Assembly: GCA_017499595.2 (NCBI GenBank)
Contig: CM038999.1
Location: 62,001 to 126,000, forward strand
Direction of reading: 5' to 3'
Length of the DNA stretch: 64,000 bases
DNA from: Psilocybe cubensis
Taxonomy: Eukaryota
A model generated the notes under the pieces. The model did no database searches. It was not told the DNA's origin and saw nothing but the letters and a program-made list of their open reading frames with translations. Shown in pieces: positions 27,074-36,724 of this stretch. Each line of letters starts with the position of its first letter. Within the stretch, counting starts at the first letter, position 1. The position numbers and the translations under genes were made by a program.

Positions 27074-27447
27074 GGGGGTTGATTTAGATTCGGATAAACA
27101 TATATTGAAAAAGAAAACTCACGTTTTCAAAAATACCAAAAGCGACCAAAGTACCTGCTGAGGAAGCACCCCGGCGAAGCACACGAGAGAACGTTGCAAA
27201 GAACACTGCGCAGTCCTATTCGTTAGCAGAAGCCCGAGCACTTGCTCAAAAACAAAAAGCAGAAGCCACTGCTACCAAACCAAAAGCTAGGAGATCAATC
27301 CTAAGTAAAAAGCAGCCGTTAAAAGAGCTCGCAACCGCGCTAACTGAAATCGAAAGAACTGAGTTAAACGCATCAGCGGAAGAGTCATTTTATCAAACTG
27401 CTTCTGAAGAGATAAACCCACAATTTACGGTCACAAAGACATACAAA

Positions 27448-28830
27448 ATGAAAGATCTACCTACCACTAAAGAAAGGAGTGCGCCTAAATTTAATGAAAG
27501 CGAACCCACAGAGTTGTTAAGGTACCTAGAGGAGGTAGAAGAGTTGTTCAAAAAGTATGATGTAACTGAAGAAAAAGATAAAAAGAAGACAGCCTGTAAA
27601 TACGCGCCGGCGGCCACAGAGGCGGAATGGAAAGCGTTCAGTTCTTATGACAAAGGGACGTGGATAGAATTCAAACGAGACCTGATCGCCAGTTATCCAG
27701 AAGTGGTGTTGCTGCATAGAGGTTCGATTGCAACACTGGATAAATTGTGCAAAACCTACAAAGGAAATAACCAGTTGGAATCCAACGAAAGCACCCGCCT
27801 AGCAGCTTTCGTAAGACCTTTTCGCGCAGAAGCAGTAAAGCTTCTCAAGGATCCTGCGTTGGTATCCAACCGAGACCTGGTGACAAGGTTCATGGGATGT
27901 TTAAGTGACGAATTTGCGAGAAGAGTTAGCATCAAATTAGACTCTGACTCAGACACGAAAAATGCGATTAGAAAACTCACTGCTGCGGCACCCGCTGGGG
28001 ATGGAATTCCCCTAATCGAAGAATCGGCCTTCATCAGATGGGAGGACCGCCACAGCTTGCCTGATGTAATAGCAGCTGCTACCAATATCGCGGAAATGGG
28101 GGCTTGGTCACGTACGGGTGAGACTCGAGTAGTACCCAACGAACAACGCACATATGGGGCTGATCAGCTAGCTAGCACGAACCGCTCCGAGACCACTGTA
28201 AAATTGGAAGAAACGATTGCGCAACTCGCGGATACGGTACTGAACAGTGAGAAGCAACGGGCGGCGGAATATAGGCAACTGCAGGATGCACAGATGAGAC
28301 AGTATCAAGAGTTTCAAAGCTTTATGTCATCGTTCAGGCAAAATACGAACATGAACTCATCAGCGCCAGTTGGTAACAACTATGGGGCGCCGAGGGTAAG
28401 AACAAATCAGAATAATGGTTGCTACTATTGCAAAGAAGAAACACACCATATCTACGAGTGTCCCTACATCAAAAAGCATCTGGAACTTAAGTGGATCATA
28501 AAAAATCACGACAACCACATTAGGTTGCCGGGAGGTTCACAGATTCATACAGATGGCGTGAAATCTCGCAAAGACATAGTTGAACAACAGAACTATAAAA
28601 CACCAGGGGTGATACCAGCAGCAAAAATCAGTCAGATGTATAACCACCAAGAACGAGACTCACCAATGGACGAAGCTCACTACAGACTTCACAGGCAGTA
28701 CGAGCTTTCGAAATCGCTGAGATCGTTAACGGAAAACTTTGGTGAAGATGCATTGGAAGCAGTGCTAGAAGAGAGGCGGCGTTATGCGGTTAATGAAGAA
28801 GAAGAGCCAGCCCTGGCAAATTTTCCTTAA
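27448..28830 (+). CDS. gag: Gag, copy 1 (frame is open from 27109)
   Basis: 460-aa ORF after the PBS; RSAPKF N-terminal motif; CX2CX4HX4C zinc knuckle CYYCKEETHHIYEC. Confidence 0.92.
   Translation: MKDLPTTKERSAPKFNESEPTELLRYLEEVEELFKKYDVTEEKDKKKTACKYAPAATEAEWKAFSSYDKGTWIEFKRDLIASYPEVVLLHRGSIATLDKLCKTYKGNNQLESNESTRLAAFVRPFRAEAVKLLKDPALVSNRDLVTRFMGCLSDEFARRVSIKLDSDSDTKNAIRKLTAAAPAGDGIPLIEESAFIRWEDRHSLPDVIAAATNIAEMGAWSRTGETRVVPNEQRTYGADQLASTNRSETTVKLEETIAQLADTVLNSEKQRAAEYRQLQDAQMRQYQEFQSFMSSFRQNTNMNSSAPVGNNYGAPRVRTNQNNGCYYCKEETHHIYECPYIKKHLELKWIIKNHDNHIRLPGGSQIHTDGVKSRKDIVEQQNYKTPGVIPAAKISQMYNHQERDSPMDEAHYRLHRQYELSKSLRSLTENFGEDALEAVLEERRRYAVNEEEEPALANFP
28818..28824 (+). promoter_or_regulatory. 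Predicted -1 ribosomal frameshift site gag/pro (A AAT TTT)
   Basis: X XXY YYZ heptamer in gag phase one codon before the stop; the -1 frame is open into pro. Copy 2 at 38095-38101. Confidence 0.8.
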
Positions 28831-28838
28831 GTTCAAGG

Positions 28839-29867
28839 ATGGGGGCCCATCAGCCTAGGCGCACCTCACCTAGGTTCAATAAACAGCCTGAGCAGCCCCT
28901 TGAGAACGTAGAAAAAGAGGAGAATAAACTAGAACAAGCATCTACACAACCGGTAACATCGACCACCGAGCCAGCCGTCGATAGACAACCAAAAAGAAAA
29001 GAATTACCCTACATTGATGTTCCCCCTCTGAGCGAAGTACCACGGCCTATAGCCGACGCTCGACAGAACTGGGTAACACCGCCAAAAGGAAACGGTAGCC
29101 TGTATAATATCAATTCGCCGATAGAACAACAGGTCAACACGGAAAGCCTACACGAGAAAGCACTAGAGGCCGAGGTCACGCTTACTGTGCGAGAAATCCT
29201 CGGCAGTGCACCAGCCATTCGAGAAAAACTGAAGAAAGCCATTACACCGGTTAGAAAGCCAGTAACACCAATCGAGCCTGTGGCAGCATTCATGCTAGCG
29301 GGGGACGACAGCGGAAGCCTGAAAGCGGAGCACAAGGTGGGCGGGGATCCATACCTACAGCTATACCAGCTAGGGGAAACGGAGTTACCCACCGCCACGT
29401 ATGCAGGAAAAGAAGCAGAAAATCTGCGCGCGCTCTGGCCCAAGGTGAATGGGGTAGAAAGCGTGGAAGCAATTTTAGACAGCGGCTCTCAGATTGTGTC
29501 TATGGCAGAAGAAGTGGCGCTGCGAACAGGATTAAGTTGGGACCCAGACATCGTAATCAGCATGGAAAGTGCGAATAAGTCTATCAATAAGACACTAGGC
29601 TTAGCAAGAAACGTACCGTTTACGTTTGGAAATGTAACAGTATATTTACAAGTTCATATCATAAGGAATCCAGCATATACAATACTGTTGGGGCGCACAT
29701 TCGATTCGCTAACTCGCTCAAATGTACAGTCTGAAAATGATGGGTCCGCCACAATCAAATTGGAAGACCCAAACACAGGAAGAAAAGTAGTGGTGCCCAC
29801 CTTTGAAAGAGGGAAGGGTCCGCATCAGGTTGCAGAAGAAAGAAAACGCAAAGCTGAGGGTTTTTAA
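28839..29867 (+). CDS. pro: Aspartic protease ORF, copy 1
   Basis: AILDSGS catalytic motif and ILLGR motif; in the -1 frame relative to gag. Confidence 0.9.
   Translation: MGAHQPRRTSPRFNKQPEQPLENVEKEENKLEQASTQPVTSTTEPAVDRQPKRKELPYIDVPPLSEVPRPIADARQNWVTPPKGNGSLYNINSPIEQQVNTESLHEKALEAEVTLTVREILGSAPAIREKLKKAITPVRKPVTPIEPVAAFMLAGDDSGSLKAEHKVGGDPYLQLYQLGETELPTATYAGKEAENLRALWPKVNGVESVEAILDSGSQIVSMAEEVALRTGLSWDPDIVISMESANKSINKTLGLARNVPFTFGNVTVYLQVHIIRNPAYTILLGRTFDSLTRSNVQSENDGSATIKLEDPNTGRKVVVPTFERGKGPHQVAEERKRKAEGF
29858..29864 (+). promoter_or_regulatory. Predicted -1 ribosomal frameshift site pro/pol (G GGT TTT)
   Basis: Heptamer immediately before the pro TAA; the -1 frame is open through pol. 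Copy 2 at 39135-39141. Confidence 0.8.
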
Positions 29868-32800
29868 ATCACCTCGAGGATGGTCTAAAACAATCCCTGT
29901 TTGGTCAGATTCCAGGGGATAACGGAGAGGTGGCGGTCGTCTTTGAACTAGACGAACGAAACCAGGAACTCACAGTACAAGCATACCAGACAAAAACGGG
30001 CAGTTTCTCAAAGAATGAGGTGCGGGACGCATTTCTCTCTCAAGTTCTGGATCACAAACCGATGGATAGCAAGTCAAGAAACAGATTAACGCAGTATTTC
30101 CAAGGAAAAACTCACGAAGTATCAGCGAGGCCCGCTAAACCGCAGCCCACAGTAGTGGAAACGCGACAGACAAGGCTACTGGCCACCTACATGGGTAAAA
30201 AGAAATATAAACCCGTGGCACAAAAAGTCAGACCAATATTTGCGGACCTACCTGAAGAATTTAGGATAGTCCGGGACATTAAAGGCGACCCACTACAAGG
30301 GATGCCCCTTCTACCCACGCAACCACGGGAGTTTGCGCCAACAGGCCGCTATACCCAGGAACGAAAGGACGCAATGGATAAAGTCCATAAGGAAGGTTTC
30401 TTATGGCCTGAAGAACGCAAGCTAGTACATAATATAATCATGAATCAAGAACAAGCTTTTGCCTGGGACGATACGGAAAGAGGACACTTCAAAGAGAAAT
30501 ACTTTCCATCAATTAAGATACCCACGGTAGAACACACACCATGGGTATATAAAAACATACCTATTCCCCATGGCTTGTATGATGAAGTGTGTAAAATCAT
30601 CAAGTCCAAGCTGGCGTCGGGCGTATACGAGCTGTCAAACGCATCATATCGCTCAAGATGGTTCACAGTTCTAAAAAAGGACGGCAAGAGTCTTCGGATT
30701 GTCCACAGCCTGGAACCACTAAACGCTGTCACGATCGCGCACTCGGGAGTGCCACCGGGTACGGAAAGTTTAGCAGCACATTTTGCAGGCCGGGCGTGCG
30801 GGGGCATGTTCGACTTATACGTCGGTTACGATGAGCGAAAAATCGATGAGAAATACCGTGATATGACCACCTTCCAGACACCGTTTGGAGCAATGAGATT
30901 GGTTACTTTGCCTATGGGCTGGACCAACTCAGTACCCATATTTCACGATGATGTGACTTACATACTGCGAGACGAAATACCACATGTAACAGTACCATAC
31001 ATCGACGACGTAGCAGTCAGAGGGCCGGAGTCAAGATATGAGCATGAAGGAAGGTATGAAACTATTTCGGAAAATAAGGGGATCCGACGGTTTGTATGGG
31101 AGCACTTACAAAACGTGAATAGGGTCCTCCAGAGAATGAAATATGCTGGGGGTACGTTTTCGGGATATAAATCAGTTCTGTGCGCAGACGAGATCACGGT
31201 GGTCGGGCATCGCTGTACCTACGAAGGGCGTAAACCAATCGAGGAGCGAGTAAAAACCATACTAGACTGGGGAGAATGCGAAGACCTGGGTGATGTACGA
31301 TCTTTCTTGGGCATCTGCGGCACACTAAGAGCGTATATACCAAATTACACTGAACTAGCGTGGGACCTGCAAAAGCTCACTAAGAAACAAAACCCTTTCA
31401 AATGGGGAGATGCACAGCGACTAAGCATGTCCAAATTAAAAGAGGGAGTACGCAATGCGAAATGTTTGTTGCCAATAGACTACGAAAGCGGCGGCAACGT
31501 GGTTCTGGCCGTCGACGCCTCCTACATGGCTGTAGGTTTCTACATCTATCAAGAACCTGTAACAGAGAAAGACGCTATTAGATATGTAAAATTCGGTTCA
31601 ATCACGCTACAGGACCACGAAGCTAGATACTCACAGCCAAAGCGAGAGCTGCTAGGTCTCAAAAAGGCATTAAAGGAAAACAGAGAGTTGCTAATCGGGT
31701 GTCGCAAACTGATCGTGGAAATGGATGCTAAATTCATAGACGGCATGCTGCGCAATCCGGACATGATGCCTAACGCTACAATCAATCGGTGGATAGAAGA
31801 GATTATGTTATATCACTTCACCTTGCGACATAAAGCAGGGAAGACTTTCGGCCCCGATGGTTTGTCAAGAAGAAAAGCTCAGCCCACAGACGTTCCGCCC
31901 CGAGTACCGCCTGAAGAACAGACTGAGTGGGAGCTGCCTCCTACAAGCATGTTTGACGAGTTAGAACCAAAACCGTTGCCGGTGCAGGACTTTGCAGCAC
32001 AAATAGATATGAGGGGGGGATACTTACATGAAATAAAACTAAGTCCCACAAAGCCAAGTAATTGCCAAGACAGGCCAAGGAAACTCACGGAGTTCTTAGA
32101 CAACATTGAAGAACTAGGTGGAAAACTCCGTGGTGCAGCACGTTCAGTAGAAGATTTCAGACAAGAATTGGAAAGAGCCGACGAGTTTCGCGCTATGGAG
32201 CATGCCGCGTTTAACGTATGGTTGAAAAATCACGCAGGTACCCTAGATAAACCTCAACAGGTGTTGTTCCAACAATTAGTAGCAACCCTAGTTCTGCCGG
32301 AAGAGACAGTAGAAACCCAGAAATATGACGAGGAGCACAGAACCATGACCGCGGCGCGACAAGAGAACTTGTTGCCGGAAGTAAGGGAATGGTTGGAGAA
32401 TAAACACAAAATCAGCCGATCACTCACAGAACGTGACAAAGTAAAATTTGAACGTTTTGCACGGAGGTTCTTCCTTTTTGAAGGTCGACTGTATCTGCGA
32501 AGCTACAGCGCGGAACATCGACTCGTAGTAAGCAAAGATCGAAGAACTTACATGATGATAGCGGCGCATGACCATTGCGGCCACCGAGGCTTCTATGCCA
32601 CTAATCAATTATTGGTACAACGGTTCTGGTGGCCCGAGATGGAGAAAGACATAGCCAGGTATGTCAAAACATGTCATAGGTGTCAGGAAAGACAGCTAAC
32701 TATGCTGAAAATCCGGCCCACCTTGACGCATACCCCGTCATTATTCCAAGTCCTGCATACAGACTGCATGAAAATGACTCCACCGTCCAACGGTTGTTCA

Positions 32801-33763
32801 ACCATTGTTCATGGCCGGGACAACATGACCGTCTGGGTAGAAGGCAGAGGGTTGCGACGAGAAACGGGGCGAGCAATCGGGCAATGGTTGTGGGAAGATA
32901 TTGTGTGTCGCTGGGCGTGTTTATCTGTGATCGTCACTGACAACGGGACACCGTTTGTGGCGGCACTTAAGTGGCTAGAGACAAGGTACGGTATTAAGAA
33001 CATTCGCATATCACCGTATAACTCTAAAGCCAATGGAAAAATTGAACGCCCACACTGGGACATAAGACAAATGTTGTACAAAGTGTTGGGACCTAAGAAC
33101 TTACACAAATGGTTCTGGTTCCTCCATTTTGTCTTTTGGGCGGATAGAGTCACCGTCCGCCGACGTCTGGGTTGCTCACCCTACTTTATGGTGACGGCAG
33201 CCCACCCAACGTTGCCCCTAGATGTACAGGAAGCAACGTGGTTAGTAAAACCCCCAGAGGGTATGCTGAGTGAGGAGGAACTCATCACCTTCAGAGCGAA
33301 GGCTCTAGCAAAACATAAAGCGCAACTAGAACTGATGAAAGCTAAGATAGACCACGAAAAGTTAGCCAGATTGCGGAAGTACGAAGAGGATAACAAGGCT
33401 GTGATTAAGGACTACACCTTTGGTCCAGGCGACCTAGTGCTCATACGAAACACTGCAATTGAAGGGTCCTTGGATAGAAAGCTGAGAGCTAGATACCTTG
33501 GCCCAATGATCGTGGTACGCAGGACGCAGGGCGGCTCGTATATCGTAGCTGAACTGTCCGGCGCAGTATGGCAAAATAAGGTTGCTGCATTTAGGGTGGT
33601 CCCCTACTACGCAAGGGAGAAGTTAGTCCTGCCTAAACCAATTGAGGATTTGATTGACGTTTCAGAAGCAGGGCTGTCAAAAATAGAAGCAGCACCAGAA
33701 GAACAATTTACGGGTGCACCGGACTGGGCACATTTACGACTGGATATGACTGATGATAGTTAG
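29861..33763 (+). CDS. pol: Pol (RT, RNase H, integrase), copy 1
   Basis: LPMGW and YIDD (RT); VDASY (RNase H); H-H-C-C zinc motif, TDNG and KIER (integrase DDE); YLGP motif. No chromodomain evident. Confidence 0.96.
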   Translation, partial: FLNHLEDGLKQSLFGQIPGDNGEVAVVFELDERNQELTVQAYQTKTGSFSKNEVRDAFLSQVLDHKPMDSKSRNRLTQYFQGKTHEVSARPAKPQPTVVETRQTRLLATYMGKKKYKPVAQKVRPIFADLPEEFRIVRDIKGDPLQGMPLLPTQPREFAPTGRYTQERKDAMDKVHKEGFLWPEERKLVHNIIMNQEQAFAWDDTERGHFKEKYFPSIKIPTVEHTPWVYKNIPIPHGLYDEVCKIIKSKLASGVYELSNASYRSRWFTVLKKDGKSLRIVHSLEPLNAVTIAHSGVPPGTESLAAHFAGRACGGMFDLYVGYDERKIDEKYRDMTTFQTPFGAMRLVTLPMGWTNSVPIFHDDVTYILRDEIPHVTVPYIDDVAVRGPESRYEHEGRYETISENKGIRRFVWEHLQNVNRVLQRMKYAGGTFSGYKSVLCADEITVVGHRCTYEGRKPIEERVKTILDWGECEDLGDVRSFLGICGTLRAYIPNYTELAWDLQKLTKKQNPFKWGDAQRLSMSKLKEGVRNAKCLLPIDYESGGNVVLAVDASYMAVGFYIYQEPVTEKDAIRYVKFGSITLQDHEARYSQPKRELLGLKKALKENRELLIGCRKLIVEMDAKFIDGMLRNPDMMPNATINRWIEEIMLYHFTLRHKAGKTFGPDGLSRRKAQPTDVPPRVPPEEQTEWELPPTSMFDELEPKPLPVQDFAAQIDMRGGYLHEIKLSPTKPSNCQDRPRKLTEFLDNIEELGGKLRGAARSVEDFRQELERADEFRAMEHAAFNVWLKNHAGTLDKPQQVLFQQLVATLVLPEETVETQKYDEEHRTMTAARQENLLPEVREWLENKHKISRSLTERDKVKFERFARRFFLFEGRLYLRSYSAEHRLVVSKDRRTYMMIAAHDHCGHRGFYATNQLLVQRFWWPEMEKDIARYVKTCHRCQERQLTMLKIRPTLTHTPSLFQVLHTDCMKMTPPSNGCSTIVHGRDNMTVWVEGRGLRRETGRAIGQWLWEDIVCRWACLSVIVTDNGTPFVAALKWLETRYGIKNIRISPYNSKANGKIERPHWDIRQMLYKVLGPKNLHKWFWFLHFVFWADRVTVRRRLGCSPYFMVTAAHPTLPLDVQEATWLVKPPEGMLSEEELITFRAKALAKHKAQLELMKAKIDHEKLARLRKYEEDNKAVIKDYTFGPGDLVLIRNTAIEGSLDRKLRARYLGPMIVVRRTQGGSYIVAELSGAVWQNKVAAFRVVPYYAREKLVLPKPIEDLIDVSEAGLSKIEAAPEEQFTGAPDWAHLRLDMTDDS

Positions 33764-33866
33764 GACTCGGACATGAGCTACGTCGATGGTGGTCCAACTA
33801 TTATATTTGCAAAAACTCCTACGTAGGACAATAAGAGAAAACCAAATACAGTGGGTGCAAGAGGAT

Positions 33867-35185
33867 TTAAACTACAGGACCTTTGCCCTTCACGATGCGA
33901 AGTTGTTCGGCAATGTGTTGAAGAGTGGTGTCCAGCTGTTGCTGTGCAAACGCTACGCGAAATTCGTAATCCGCTTGCTCTAAACGGAGTTGTGCGAGGC
34001 GTCGCTCTGCAGCCTGCACTTCAAAGTTGGGAGAGGGGTCTGAGCAGAAATAGATAAGTCTGCAATCGGAACGGAAAGCAACAAGAATAAAAAGACATAC
34101 CATGGAGGACAGGAGGAATCTCCTGCCGGGCCTTTTTATTTGCATAGTGACGAGCCTTAGCGGCTTGAGGGGTGGATGGGTCAACACCGGCATCCTCATA
34201 CGATAATAACATGGTCTCAGCCCGCTGACAGGCACGTTAGGCAAATCTGAGGGTGAAATAAGATCCGCGAGGCATACCTTGGGGGCTTTTGAGCTACCTT
34301 CACTCGGGGCCACATTGCAGGTGATGATCTCGACAGAGCTATCATCAACTGACATTGCCTGGAGGTCACGGATAAGCTTAGTATACCATGCGCCAACCGC
34401 ACCACGACGAACCTCATCGATGTCATCCTACAGTGTAAGTCAGCACGATAGCACGTTGGAGGGGTACAGGGGCAACCTACTTCAGAGTCGATGATCGCTT
34501 TGGACTTTGGGGCCTTACTGCCTTTGTGTTTCTAAAAAGAAATAAAAACCAAGAGTGTCAGACACTACGACATAAGCGAATATGGAACAAGCCAGACGAA
34601 CCTTGGATTTGGAGGGTCGCACGGGTGCCTCTGTAACAGGACCTACAGGGACAACGGGCGGCGCAATGATGGGCGTAGAAACGACCACAGCAGTAGACTC
34701 AGTGCTGCCCGCAGAGAAGGCTGCGGATGGTGGAGCACTGGTCGGTGCTGGTCCCTCGCTTTTAGGTGCATTGCGTGCTTCCTGGATGAAACGACAGATC
34801 TCGCGGATCACTTGGAACTCCCGAGTATGCAAGGAAAGGTTTTGAGGGTGCGCATTGTGGATGTTGTGGTAGGCTTTGCGGATCTCGAAGCACAAGTTGG
34901 TGGCACCTTTGTTACGCTCGACCTTGGAAGCAGTCCATGTGGCTTCCTGAGAGAAGCACACAACAGGTCAGTAAGGAAAACGCAGGGTGGAAGCATAGAA
35001 CCAGCAACACAACCACTTACCACGAAACGCACGGCCGAATTTAACATGGTAATCAGCCCGGGGGCCTGAGCAATGTCCTTGATTACTGCAGTACCAGTCT
35101 TCCCACCAGCCACTACCAAGGGTACGGCAGCGGCCGACCGAGCATCCTCGACAGAGGGGACCAAGGGTTCAACGGGGACCGACAT
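33867..35185 (-). CDS. Spliced antisense accessory gene of the retrotransposon, 7 exons, 317 aa, unknown function (copy 1)
   Basis: Exons 35185-35021, 34946-34602, 34531-34481, 34427-34413, 34358-34278, 34224-34101, 34039-33867 = 954 nt, ATG to TAA with no internal stop. Six GT-AG introns of 53-74 nt, most with CTRAC/CTAAG branch-like sites. Confidence 0.82.
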
Positions 35186-35502
35186 GAAACAGGGTATGCT
35201 TTGGGAATCAAGGAAAGGAACAAGGGGGCACGACGACTCACCAAGAGGCAAGTTGCCCTCCCTTTTATCCTCTACCGCGGCCTTTAGTTGTTCCCAAGGA
35301 AAGGCGACGGGAAACCGTTGTGGGACAAGTTTCAGGAAAGAAAAAGAAGAGGGCAAACGATGACTCACGGAGAGGAGTAGGTCTCAGCCGGATGGCGCAA
35401 GACACGCCAAACCACGACCCAAGAACGACAGACCTCAGAAAAAAAAAAAAAAAAAAGGCAAGCACTGTACGAGATGTGCCTGACTGGGGACAGTCAGTAT
35501 GC

Positions 35503-35516
35503 AAGTTGGGGGGGGA
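35503..35516 (+). promoter_or_regulatory. Polypurine tract
   Basis: AAGTTGGGGGGGGA abutting LTR2; second copy 44780-44793. Confidence 0.85.
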
Positions 35517-36331
35517 TGATAAGGCTCGCAAATGAGCAGGTGTAGAAAACGCGCACTAAGGCAGACGCGCGGCACTCCAGTCTAAAAATAGCGCATACCA
35601 ACCACATGGGCCGAGCGCACGGCATCAGCCGGCGTTGACTTGGCAGACACAGACTCGCGAAATAAGTGTACCGCACCGGGAAAATAAGTTGAGCAGGGAC
35701 TCGTATCAACACATAAACCCAGAAAACATGGGCGCACTGTTGCCTGCAACGACCCCCGTATGAAACGAGACATATACGCCAGGCTAGAAGTCTAACCGTG
35801 AGGAGAAATGCAGGAAAAGACGACGGACTCACGCTCTGCCCTGCCCAAGCGCCTAAACATTAAACCTGTAATTATCACCCGCACTTCCAGCATTGGGTAC
35901 CGAGCACAAACGTGTGCAATCACGCACTGGTGCGGATCAATGTGGGCGCGCACGGACGCGCCTCAAAGCATATAAAAGCCAGCCTAAGAAAGCAGAGGAG
36001 GGCAAGTAATCCCCGTGAGAGCTTCTATTGAGTAAAACGAGCTTGCCTTGCATTGCTTAGAAAAGATTGTGCACAGTTGTTTTGAGCATTGAGCCAGCAT
36101 TGAACGCTGTTTGATAAAAATTTGATAAATCGGCATTGCATTGAAACAACTTGGAGCCTATTGCACGAAACTACCTAAATCGTAGATACTCATAATCTAA
36201 AAAAATATCGTAAAAACCTAAATATACGCTTATCCCTCCGAACTCAAAACCTCACTCACCAAATAACAAATTTGGTGAAGTTAGTGTGTGAAATCGAGTC
36301 ATTCCAGACTCGCACTACACGAACCACTTCA
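35517..36331 (+). repeat. LTR 2 (shared central LTR)
   Basis: Preceded by a PPT and followed by a PBS; no TSD around it. Confidence 0.96.
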
Positions 36332-36724
36332 TCTGGAGCCCACCGCGAGGGGGGGTTGATTTAGATTCGGATAAACATATATTGAAAAAGAAAACTCACG
36401 TTTTCAAAAATACCAAAAGCGACCAAAGTACCTGCTGAGGAAGCACCCCGGCGAAGCACACGAGAGAACGTTGCAAAGAACACTGCGCAGTCCTATTCGT
36501 TAGCAGAAGCCCGAGCACTTGCTCAAAAACAAAAAGCAGAAGCCACTGCTACCAAACCAAAAGCTAGGAGATCAATCCTAAGTAAAAAGCAGCCGTTAAA
36601 AGAGCTCGCAACCGCGCTAACTGAAATCGAAAGAACTGAGTTAAACGCATCAGCGGAAGAGTCATTTTATCAAACTGCTTCTGAAGAGATAAACCCACAA
36701 TTTACGGTCACAAAGACATACAAA

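Noticed and set aside
29930-29932. GTG as pol start codon
   Set aside because: The frame is open from the slippery site, so frameshift entry is more parsimonious.
33600-35500. env gene or chromodomain after integrase
   Set aside because: No long plus-strand ORF, signal peptide/TM pattern or chromodomain motif; the coding signal is on the minus strand.
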